Source: Cenarchaeum sp. (GTDB lineage Archaea > Thermoproteota > Nitrososphaeria > Nitrososphaerales > Nitrosopumilaceae). From it: a stretch of 64,000 bases of DNA. The notes below the pieces were generated by a model. It searched no databases. It was given only the letters and a program-made list of their open reading frames with translations, and had not been told where the DNA came from. How positions within the stretch are numbered: position 1 is the first letter of the stretch; each line of letters starts with the position of its first letter. Position numbers and translations under genes: made by a program. Below, piece after piece: positions 1-8,105 of the stretch. Where the stretch lies: assembly GCA_965212015.1 (NCBI GenBank), contig OZ243037.1, forward strand, positions 192,001-256,000, written 5' to 3'.

Positions 1-671
1 GTATAGTATACGAGATTGTTCTTCGAGTTGGGGTGATCCTTGAGGCCTGCCTCCTGCAGTCCAAAGTATTCATTGTGTGCGTCAAGCACAAGGCTGCCTA
101 CCCTGTTTGAATCCAGGACATGCCATAATACGGTCTTTACCAGATTTGACTTTCCACGCCCAGTCGTTGCCGGAATCAGGACATGGTGTGAGAACACATC
201 ATCGGCCCGCAACCATACCTTTGCCTCCCTGATGACCTTGGTTCCGCTCCGGATGTATCCGACAAAGATCTGATTTTCGTCCTTTTGCAGGAATTTCAGG
301 TCCTCACTTGAGACCAGGCGGAGCTTGCTGAAAAACGACGGCATCGACTTTGGAATGCTTACAGTATCGCCATCGGCAGATACCCTGGCCAGCGACTTGA
401 TTTTTGCCAGTGTATAGTTGACAAACTCTGGTTCGTAGAATCGTGCATCGGCCACGCTCTGCTCCAGGGTCACGCCGGACATCATTTGCTGCATTCTGTC
501 TTTGATTTGTGAGCCGTACTCTAGCGCAAAGACCTGCAATATGAGGCGGGAGTCCTTCTCCTCTGAGATTAGCAGATCGCCAATCTCTAGATCGACTCCG
601 GCCTTTTGTCTTACTATAATGTCGCCGAATTTTCCGCCGACTACCTGGCCTACTATTGAAATGTCGTCCAT
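1..671 (-). CDS. herA: HerA helicase/ATPase, N-terminal part (runs off the window edge)
   Basis: Manual translation from the ATG at 671 gives MDDISIVGQVVGGKFGDIIVRQKAG...HHVLIPATTGRGKSNLVK...LVLDAHNEY: an N-terminal barrel region, a Walker A motif and a DxHxEY motif. The ATG overlaps the nurA stop (TAATG). Not in the ORF track. Confidence 0.85.
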   Translation of the reverse strand, partial: MDDISIVGQVVGGKFGDIIVRQKAGVDLEIGDLLISEEKDSRLILQVFALEYGSQIKDRMQQMMSGVTLEQSVADARFYEPEFVNYTLAKIKSLARVSADGDTVSIPKSMPSFFSKLRLVSSEDLKFLQKDENQIFVGYIRSGTKVIREAKVWLRADDVFSHHVLIPATTGRGKSNLVKTVLWHVLDSNRVGSLVLDAHNEYFGLQEAGLKDHPNSKNNLVYY

Positions 672-1768
672 TAGCTGGTCACCTCGTTGAGAACATTGTG
701 CGCGCCCATCATGCTGGAATTATTTTCCAGATCTTTCCATTCGGGATTTCTGCGGCGTATGGCATACAGGATTCCCTTGTACATGTCTCGCTCGTCTAGG
801 CGCACCTGGGCGTATCTGTCTGCGTCAATCAACCCGTATGGATAGCCCAGCATGGAGATGTCCTGGGAGTTCTCGACTAGATTGTACAGCACGGAATTAA
901 CCTCGTCGGGTTTCATTTTGTCGAACTGTTCATAAAGAATCTCGAACCTGTAGGGGAATTCGGAATCCGGATGAAGCTTTACTGCAAGCATGGCTCCACA
1001 GTCGTCAGATGTCACTCCGTCTGTGACCCTGATGTACCACCTATCATGATTCGTCTTTTTGGAGATCGCCTCTATTCTTGGAATCAGCGAATCGCCGGAT
1101 TCCGTAATCAACCGGCTTGACTTTGAGAGGCCGCATACGATGACGCCCTTGTTCTTTGCGGTTTGGTACAGCTCCTTTGCGTATTTTGCCTCGTTTTTAA
1201 AGCCGGTCTGAAGCGAGCCGTCTTTTACCAGTATGTCGCCTTCATCCAGCTCGTTTTTGACCACGTTTAGTGCAAGCCGCCATTCTGCAAACTGTCTTGC
1301 CAGCGAGTTTAGCCTGTGCTTTTGGAGCACGGTTGTGCCCTCTGCAGACGACGTCAGGTCGGATTCGTCAGGCAGGTGGACTTTGTCCTCCCTGCCGTAC
1401 GCAAACAGTTTGGTATTGTAGGACAGCTTTTTTTGCCCCGCCCTTGTCTGTATGTCCGACACCACATAGGAGAAAAACTGTATTCTGTGGTTCATGGCAG
1501 GCATTATTCTTTTCTTTCCGCGAAACAGCGAATAGCTGACCCTGTTGATGGTGATCAAATAATTGGGCGCCTCATCTAACAGTCCGTCCCCTCCGTCGAT
1601 GAACGCGATTTTTCTTGAAACCGGAGCAGGCCTAATCCCGTTGAATTCCGACGGTACTAGCTCGTATACCTTTCCCTTTTCGAATTTCAATACCCTGTCT
1701 GAATGCTCTCTTTTTGTCAGCCGCCGTCCTAGATCGCCAACGAGGTTCCTCAGGGGGTCGTCTGCCAT
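671..1768 (-). CDS. nurA: NurA-family 5'-3' nuclease
   Basis: Motifs FIDGG, KDGSL, GLSKSS and GYPYGLIDADRYA are typical of NurA. Translationally coupled to herA. Confidence 0.85.
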   Translation of the reverse strand: MADDPLRNLVGDLGRRLTKREHSDRVLKFEKGKVYELVPSEFNGIRPAPVSRKIAFIDGGDGLLDEAPNYLITINRVSYSLFRGKKRIMPAMNHRIQFFSYVVSDIQTRAGQKKLSYNTKLFAYGREDKVHLPDESDLTSSAEGTTVLQKHRLNSLARQFAEWRLALNVVKNELDEGDILVKDGSLQTGFKNEAKYAKELYQTAKNKGVIVCGLSKSSRLITESGDSLIPRIEAISKKTNHDRWYIRVTDGVTSDDCGAMLAVKLHPDSEFPYRFEILYEQFDKMKPDEVNSVLYNLVENSQDISMLGYPYGLIDADRYAQVRLDERDMYKGILYAIRRRNPEWKDLENNSSMMGAHNVLNEVTS

Positions 1769-1946
1769 ACGCTATCACCGCATTCCCGCTCTAAGACTAT
1801 TGCCAATACCCATGATCATACCACGGGTCAATTCTTTATTAACTTCTGCGTGGGCCTCAAGGGGGCACCTGCCTAATTCCGCCAAAAACTGCGTTATCGT
1901 TTCCTTGAAACAGCATTAATACGAGAGAAATCCAGCAATCTGTGCC

Positions 1947-2762
1947 TTGAAGAGAATTGCAATTCTGGGGTGTGGCGCGATGGGAACACAGATAGCGCAG
2001 GCAATCGACTCGGGCAGAATCAACGCCGTCCTGACCCACGTATATGATCAGGATTCCGGGCGCGCCGAATCCCTTGTCGCAAGGCTTGGAACCCGGCCGG
2101 AGATTGTCCAAAACGCCCACCTCTTGTCGTCTAACCGCACGGACCTGGTGGTGGAGGCAGCATCGCAGGACGCCGTCCGGGACGTGGCGCTGAGCGTCAT
2201 ACAGAACAGAAAGGACCTGATGATAATGAGCGTGGGGGCGCTGCTTGACGAGTCCGTATTCGAGGTGCTCTCCGATGCGTGCCGGGAGTTCAAAAAAACG
2301 ATATACCTTCCGTCCGGTGCGATTGCCGGCCTTGACGGGCTAAAGGCCGTCCGGGACGAGCTCGAATGGATCACGCTGACTAGCACAAAGCACCCGAAAT
2401 CCCTCAGGGGGGCGAGGTTCTTTGAGACATCCGGAACGGACATTGACGCAATCACCGGCCCCGAGGTGATCTTTGAGGGGACAGCCGGCGAGGCAGTCTC
2501 GCAGTTTCCCGCAAACATCAACGTGGCGGCCCTGCTGAGCCTTGCAGCCGGGGATGCGCCTGTTACGGTAAAGATCATTGCAGATCCGGCGACTGCCAGA
2601 AACACGCACAGGATAGACGCCGGAGGCAAGTTCGGAAAAATGTCACTCACAGTTGAAAACATGCCGGATGCCGCAAACCCAAAGACGAGCCACCTTGCAG
2701 TGGCCTCTGCCATAGAGAAGCTCAGGATTGTATGCTCAGAGGGCATACAGCTGGGCACATAA
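1947..2762 (+). CDS. nadX: L-aspartate dehydrogenase
   Basis: Rossmann motif GCGAMG, plus VVEAAS, PSGAIAGLD, FPANINVAA and NPKTS. Adjacent to nadA/nadC. TTG start. Confidence 0.92.
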   Translation: MKRIAILGCGAMGTQIAQAIDSGRINAVLTHVYDQDSGRAESLVARLGTRPEIVQNAHLLSSNRTDLVVEAASQDAVRDVALSVIQNRKDLMIMSVGALLDESVFEVLSDACREFKKTIYLPSGAIAGLDGLKAVRDELEWITLTSTKHPKSLRGARFFETSGTDIDAITGPEVIFEGTAGEAVSQFPANINVAALLSLAAGDAPVTVKIIADPATARNTHRIDAGGKFGKMSLTVENMPDAANPKTSHLAVASAIEKLRIVCSEGIQLGT

Positions 2763-2852
2763 ATCAGGCAAATCTTGCCGTGATTGGCATGGTTCGTGGG
2801 CGTATGTGCATGAACCTTTTCCTTTAAATCCCCAAATTATACAATAACTGCA

Positions 2853-3803
2853 ATGCTGGTTCAGTCACGGCTGCACGATGAGATACTGCGGCTAAAAAAG
2901 GAGCAGGACGCCGTGATTCTGGCGCACAACTATCAGGTTCCACAGGTGCAGGACGTGGCCGACTTTGTGGGCGACTCACTCGGGCTTGCAAGGGAGGCGG
3001 CAAAGACGCAGAACAGGCGGATACTTTTTTGCGGCGTCCACTTTATGGCAGAGACTGCGGCGATAATCAGCCCCGAAAAAAGGGTGCTGATTCCGGACCC
3101 CGAGGCAGGCTGCTCGCTTTCTGACTCTATTACGGTGGATGAGCTAAAAAAATGGAAGAGGCAGCACGCAGGTGCGGTCACAGTCGGCTATGTAAACACC
3201 ACCGCCGAGATAAAGGCCGAGCTTGACTATTGCTGCACGTCATCCAACGCGGTAAACATTGTGAGGGCGATTCCGGAGGACAGGGAGATACTGTTTCTGC
3301 CCGACATGTTTCTTGGCGCATTCGTATCAAAGATGACCGGAAGAAAAAACATCCGCATCTGGGCAGGCGAGTGCCATGTGCACGCCGGAATCACCCCGCA
3401 GGACGTGGAGGAAAAACTCGACTCCATGCCGGGCGCAGAGTTTGTAATACACCCCGAATGCAGCTGCACCACGCCGATGCTGCACGATGCCGCATCCGGC
3501 AGGTACGCCAAAAGAAAGATCAGCATACTCTCCACTGAGGGAATGATGCGCCACGTCAAAGAGTCCGGCGCCGACAGGTTTGTCGTCGGGACAGAAACCG
3601 GCATCCTGCACCGGATGAGGCAGCAAAACCCCGGAAAAGAGTTCGTTGCAGTATCCGACCAGGCCGAATGCAAGTACATGAAGATGATCACGCCGCAAAA
3701 GGTGCACGACTCGCTATTATACGACAGACACCACGTAACGGTTCCCGACGGGATTGCCGGCAGGGCGAGGCTTGCAATAGAGCGCATGCTTGAAATAAGC
3801 TAG
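2853..3803 (+). CDS. nadA: Quinolinate synthase A
   Basis: Motifs LAHNYQ, GDSL, CGVHFMAETA, AGCSL, CHVH, HPEC and CKYMK. Confidence 0.96.
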   Translation: MLVQSRLHDEILRLKKEQDAVILAHNYQVPQVQDVADFVGDSLGLAREAAKTQNRRILFCGVHFMAETAAIISPEKRVLIPDPEAGCSLSDSITVDELKKWKRQHAGAVTVGYVNTTAEIKAELDYCCTSSNAVNIVRAIPEDREILFLPDMFLGAFVSKMTGRKNIRIWAGECHVHAGITPQDVEEKLDSMPGAEFVIHPECSCTTPMLHDAASGRYAKRKISILSTEGMMRHVKESGADRFVVGTETGILHRMRQQNPGKEFVAVSDQAECKYMKMITPQKVHDSLLYDRHHVTVPDGIAGRARLAIERMLEIS

Positions 3804-3817
3804 CACAAGACCGGCAC

Positions 3818-4216
3818 GTGGCATTGAGCGGATTATTCAAAAGCAGGAACCAGGACAGGCCGATCAATCTAAAGCGGGAGCTCAGAAAGCTCGTAAAGCA
3901 AAAAAAATACGACGAGGCCCTCGCAGTGGGCCGCAAAATCCTCGCAAAGACCCCGCATGACAACGACGTGTCGTTTGTGGTGGGGGGAATTTACTATATG
4001 CGGGACAGGCCACGGGACGCCATACCCTTCTTTGAGCAGGCGCTGGCGATCGGAGAATATGACACGCACGTGCTCATCCTAAAGGCAAACGCGCACCACA
4101 CGCTGGGACAGGCAGAAGAATCGCGGCTCTGCTGCCAAAAGATACTCGAAGTCGACCCGAAAAACAGGGGTGCGGCAGACCTGCTCGAAAAGCTCAGCGG
4201 CCGGCCTCCAGGCTAA
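3818..4216 (+). CDS. Tetratricopeptide-repeat protein
   Basis: Helical ~34-aa TPR-like repeats (YDEALA..., AIPFFEQAL..., ILEVDPKN). Confidence 0.75.
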   Translation: MALSGLFKSRNQDRPINLKRELRKLVKQKKYDEALAVGRKILAKTPHDNDVSFVVGGIYYMRDRPRDAIPFFEQALAIGEYDTHVLILKANAHHTLGQAEESRLCCQKILEVDPKNRGAADLLEKLSGRPPG

Positions 4217-5006
4217 AGTCTATGCCCCTCACCGAGCTGGTAATGGAGCCTGCCGAGATCCTGTCTATGCCGGTTTTTGCAAACCTTGAAATGTTGTGCG
4301 GGCCAATCCTGCCTGATGCCTCTAGTGTCGCGTATAGTCCCAGTTTTTTGAGCGCAAGTACGGTGCGCGATATCCTCTCTGGCGTAAAGTTGTCCAGCAT
4401 TATGACGTCTGCGCCCATCCGGGCGGCAAGGACTGCGTCGCTCTGCCTCTCGACTTCGATCTCTATCTTTTTGCCGGTTTTTTTTGCGCAGGCGAGCAGC
4501 GATGCGATGCTCCCGCCGACTGCAAGGTGGTTGTCCTTTAGCATTATCATCTCGTCAAGCGACATCCTGTGCCGGCATCCGCCGCCAATCCTTACTGCCT
4601 CCTTGTCAAAGAACCTCAGGCCCGGCGCGGTCTTTCGCGTCGCATAGACCGGAACTCCGCGGGCCTTTCTTACAAGCTCGTCTGTCTGCGTGGCAATCCC
4701 GCTCATTCTTGAGAGCAGGTTCAGCGCTGTCCTCTCGCACGAAAAGATTCCCTGCGGCGTCCCGCGAATGTCCATTATCTTTTGGTTTTTTTTTGCCCTC
4801 CGGCCGTCCCCGAGGGCTATTTTTGTCCTGCATCCGCCAAGCGCAAACACCTGGCCGGCATACCGCACCCCGGCGACGAGTGCGCCCTCCTTTGCAATGA
4901 TTCTCGCACCGATTATCTTTTCGGGCAAAAGCGCGCTTGTTGCATCCCCGCAACCGATGTCTTCTGCGAGAAACCGCCGCAGCTCATCCTTTGGATGGGC
5001 GTCCAA
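4194..5006 (-). CDS. nadC: Nicotinate-nucleotide pyrophosphorylase (quinolinate phosphoribosyltransferase)
   Basis: Motifs LAEDIG, ERTALN, TRKTAPGLR, HR, LKDNH, IEVE, MLDNF and EASG. Confidence 0.95.
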   Translation of the reverse strand: MDAHPKDELRRFLAEDIGCGDATSALLPEKIIGARIIAKEGALVAGVRYAGQVFALGGCRTKIALGDGRRAKKNQKIMDIRGTPQGIFSCERTALNLLSRMSGIATQTDELVRKARGVPVYATRKTAPGLRFFDKEAVRIGGGCRHRMSLDEMIMLKDNHLAVGGSIASLLACAKKTGKKIEIEVERQSDAVLAARMGADVIMLDNFTPERISRTVLALKKLGLYATLEASGRIGPHNISRFAKTGIDRISAGSITSSVRGIDFSLEAGR

Positions 5007-5007
5007 C

Positions 5008-5196
5008 TCAGGTTACCTTTAGCGCGTACTTTCCCTTTTCGGTTATTCCCAGCGTTGATGCTATCTGGGAGTTTGTCGGATCGACTACCAGCACTATGCC
5101 CGTCCAGTCCGGGGTGAGATCCGAGGACTTGCACGCAGGACACACCTTTCCGGTCGTCACAAACTTGCATTTTCTGCAGGCCATCTCGCGGGCCAT
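5008..5196 (-). CDS. spt4: Transcription elongation factor Spt4 (RpoE2)
   Basis: Zn ribbon ACRKC...CPAC, WTG and the GKYALKV C-terminus. Lies downstream of rpoE1. Confidence 0.93.
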   Translation of the reverse strand: MAREMACRKCKFVTTGKVCPACKSSDLTPDWTGIVLVVDPTNSQIASTLGITEKGKYALKVT

Positions 5197-5802
5197 TTAT
5201 TTCCCCTTTTCTGGCTTGTCCTTGCCAGAAGGCTTGTCCTTGCCCACGTTTTTAATCTCCTCGCTTATCCACTCGTCGGCCCCCAAAAACGGCTGCCTGC
5301 ACGTGATTCCGATCTTTCCCATGGCGGCGGCCTTTCCGAGCGAGACTGCGGTGATTCTTGAGCGGATAGTGGAGCCCACCCTCAGCGTCCTGCCGCTCTG
5401 GTTTGCAATTATCATTCCGGCCTTTACGTCGCTTTTCAGATAGTCGTCCATCACCTGCGAGAGGTGCAGCAGCGCGTCTGTGGGGCCTATCCTTACAAAC
5501 GCACCAAAGTCCGTAATGTCCACTATCTCGCCTTGCACTATCTCCTGGAGCTTGGGATAAAACGCCAGCGCGTCGAACTCTACCCTGTGAAACGTCCCGC
5601 CGTCGCCGGCAATCATCTTTCCCATCTCGTCGACTTTGGCATCCATGATCATAATGATGTACCCCAGATCCACGTTGATCATGCTCTCGTACTTTTCCTT
5701 CAGTATGTTTATCGCCGCCTTTTTCAGCGTGGTGCCAAATAGGTTCGGCGGAATTCTTACAACATCGACTAGGGTGGATATCGAAAACAACTGTAAGGTC
5801 AT
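5197..5802 (-). CDS. rpoE1: RNA polymerase subunit E' (Rpo7)
   Basis: Motifs VRIPP and GDGG, S1 domain (FGAFVRIGPTDALLHLSQ) and CRQPFLG. The start may be the TTG at 5790. Confidence 0.95.
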   Translation of the reverse strand: MTLQLFSISTLVDVVRIPPNLFGTTLKKAAINILKEKYESMINVDLGYIIMIMDAKVDEMGKMIAGDGGTFHRVEFDALAFYPKLQEIVQGEIVDITDFGAFVRIGPTDALLHLSQVMDDYLKSDVKAGMIIANQSGRTLRVGSTIRSRITAVSLGKAAAMGKIGITCRQPFLGADEWISEEIKNVGKDKPSGKDKPEKGK

Positions 5803-5938
5803 TTGCGAATCTCAATTTATGAACCTTTGGATAATTTCTGGCATCTTTTGGCGCCAAAACATGTGAGATGTTTGGGATTTGAGCTGATTCGTGGAATATC
5901 TGCCTATGTTTAAATAATGAGCTGGATCATCCCATTTT

Positions 5939-7036
5939 ATGGTGGGTGTAGACGGCGTCCTGGAGGCACTCAGCACCGTAATTGATCCTGATTTGAAGAA
6001 GGACATTGTATCGATGGGCATGATAAAGGATTTGGAGCTAAACGGCGGGAACCTGAAATTCACGCTAGAGCTTACCACGCCTGCGTGCCCCTTTAACGTG
6101 GAGATTGAGGACGACGTAAGAAAGGTCGTGGGGGACCTGGAGGGCGTGGAGAATTTCGAGCTAAACGTGACGGCCAAGGTGATGGAGGGAAGATCGCTTG
6201 ATGCCGACACCGGCATGGCCGGCGTCAAAAACATCATCGGCGTCGCAAGCGGAAAAGGCGGCGTGGGAAAATCCACAGTGTCGCTGAACCTGGCACTGGC
6301 CCTCTCGCAGACCGGCGCCAAAGTCGGGCTGCTGGATGCCGACATTTACGGGCCGAGCATACCGCTGATGCTCGGGCTAAAGGAGGCCTTTATGCAGGTG
6401 GAGCAAAACAAGCTGCAGCCGGCAGAGTCGCACGGACTCAAGGTGGTATCCTTTGGCTTTTTCGCAGAGCAGGAGCACCAGGCGGCCATCTATCGGGGCC
6501 CGATAATATCGGGGATTTTAAAGCAGTTTTTAGTCGATACGAACTGGAGTGATCTGGACTATCTGATAGTCGATCTTCCGCCGGGGACGGGGGACATTCC
6601 GCTGACGCTTGCGCAGACGATACCGATTACGGGAATCCTGGTGGTCACCACGCCGCAGGACGTGGCAAGCAACGTGGCAGTAAAGGCCCTTGGAATGTTT
6701 GAAAAGCTAAACGTGCCGATCATAGGCGTTATAGAAAACATGAGCAGCTTTGTGTGCAACAAGTGCGGCGAGACGCACCACGTGTTCGGACAGGGCGGGG
6801 CGCAAAAGATAAGCGAGCAGTTCAAGATTCCGTTCATCGGCGCGATTCCGCTAAACTCTGGAATAATGTCCGGCTCTGATCTGGGCAAGCCGATAATGCT
6901 CAGCGCGCCGGACTCTGCTAGTGCAAAGGCCATAAGCCAGTCGGCAAAAAACATCGCGGCGCAGTGCAGCATACTTGCGGCAAACCTGCAGGCAGACGCC
7001 GCAGGCGCCGAGCTCTCAAACCCGCCGGCGAGCTGA
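5939..7036 (+). CDS. mrp: Mrp/NBP35 (ApbC) Fe-S cluster carrier ATPase
   Basis: N-terminal DPDL/TTPACP domain, SGKGGVGKS, DADIYGPS, DLPPGTGD and ENMS..CxxC. Confidence 0.93.
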   Translation: MVGVDGVLEALSTVIDPDLKKDIVSMGMIKDLELNGGNLKFTLELTTPACPFNVEIEDDVRKVVGDLEGVENFELNVTAKVMEGRSLDADTGMAGVKNIIGVASGKGGVGKSTVSLNLALALSQTGAKVGLLDADIYGPSIPLMLGLKEAFMQVEQNKLQPAESHGLKVVSFGFFAEQEHQAAIYRGPIISGILKQFLVDTNWSDLDYLIVDLPPGTGDIPLTLAQTIPITGILVVTTPQDVASNVAVKALGMFEKLNVPIIGVIENMSSFVCNKCGETHHVFGQGGAQKISEQFKIPFIGAIPLNSGIMSGSDLGKPIMLSAPDSASAKAISQSAKNIAAQCSILAANLQADAAGAELSNPPAS

Positions 7037-7037
7037 C

Positions 7038-7559
7038 TTGGATGACGGCAAATCCCGCAGGACGCTGAGGCTTCCAGAGGGCATGCGGCCGGAATTTCAG
7101 AGGCCGCTTGGCAGGCTGGTGCCTGACTCGCAGCTGAGCAGGCAGCTGCTGCTCGGCGAGATTTCAGACTCTGCACTCGTCACGGTGGGTGACGCCACAC
7201 TGGAGAGGGTGGCAGGATTCGGCCTGACGCCGTCGCTTCAAATCATAGACGGAAAGGAGAGGAGGACGGCAAGGCGCATGCCCGAGTCGCCGGTGCCTGT
7301 CACCGTTATACGGTGCGACAATCCCCCCGGCGGGATTAGTCCTGCGTGTACAGATGCAATCAAAGGCGCGCTTGGTTCTGACTCGCCGGTGCGCATGGAG
7401 GTACGCGGCGAGGAGGACCTGCTTGTGCTGCCCGTCTGCGCCCTTGCGCCTGCCGGCACCGTGGTGCTGTACGGGCAGCCCGGCGAGGGCATGGTAATAG
7501 TGCACGTAAATGACGAGGTCAAAAACAAGACTAAATTATTGCTAGAATCGATGATCTAG
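7038..7559 (+). CDS. GTP-dependent dephospho-CoA kinase (DUF359 family)
   Basis: Motifs TVGD, IIDGKERR, NPPG, GEEDLL and YGQPGEG. TTG start chosen immediately after the mrp stop. Confidence 0.85.
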   Translation: MDDGKSRRTLRLPEGMRPEFQRPLGRLVPDSQLSRQLLLGEISDSALVTVGDATLERVAGFGLTPSLQIIDGKERRTARRMPESPVPVTVIRCDNPPGGISPACTDAIKGALGSDSPVRMEVRGEEDLLVLPVCALAPAGTVVLYGQPGEGMVIVHVNDEVKNKTKLLLESMI

Positions 7560-7560
7560 C

Positions 7561-7617
7561 CGGGTATGATGAGACGGTGGCTGTATGACGATGATTGCAC
7601 TGCTAAATTCTGACCCG
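7561..7617 (+). ncRNA. Candidate box C/D guide sRNA
   Basis: CGGG-T-ATGATGA (box C), 12-nt guide, ATGA (D'), CGATGAT (C'-like), second guide, CTGA (box D), CCCG. A 4-bp terminal stem closes it; 57 nt, intergenic. Confidence 0.7.
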
Positions 7618-7639
7618 TACCAGAAATACACCAAATCTG

Positions 7640-8053
7640 ATGCAACTGTTGACACTTGGAAATAAAGCGGCATTCGGAATACATGCCTTTGTGAGGCTTG
7701 ATCCGGACCTAAGGCTGCAAATACTCGAAAAGATCGGGATATACTCCAGGCGGTTCTCAATTGAGGAGCCGAAGGTTCTTCTGACCACCCGGGAGGTCCT
7801 CGGGGTGCCGCGCGAGCTGACCGAGGGAAGGCGCACCTCTGCGTACAAGTATTACGGCGTGGCATACATGCAGCATTCCATGATATTCATCAATGTCCGG
7901 AAAATCCCGGACGAAAAGAACCTGGATGACACCATAGTCCACGAGCTGATTCACATGCGCTTTCCGTATCTCAGCCACGGCCGCAGGTTCAACCGGCTGG
8001 TCCGGCAGGCGGCAAGGGGCAGGACGTTCGGGCCGTACAAGAAAAGAAAATGA
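7640..8053 (+). CDS. Small zincin-type metallopeptidase (M48/SprT-like)
   Basis: HELIH (HExxH) followed by HGRRF. Confidence 0.65.
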   Translation: MQLLTLGNKAAFGIHAFVRLDPDLRLQILEKIGIYSRRFSIEEPKVLLTTREVLGVPRELTEGRRTSAYKYYGVAYMQHSMIFINVRKIPDEKNLDDTIVHELIHMRFPYLSHGRRFNRLVRQAARGRTFGPYKKRK

Positions 8054-8105
8054 TCGTGCGCATTCCTTGATTTATATTTCCCGCATATTGGCAGGCAGGT
8101 ATAAC

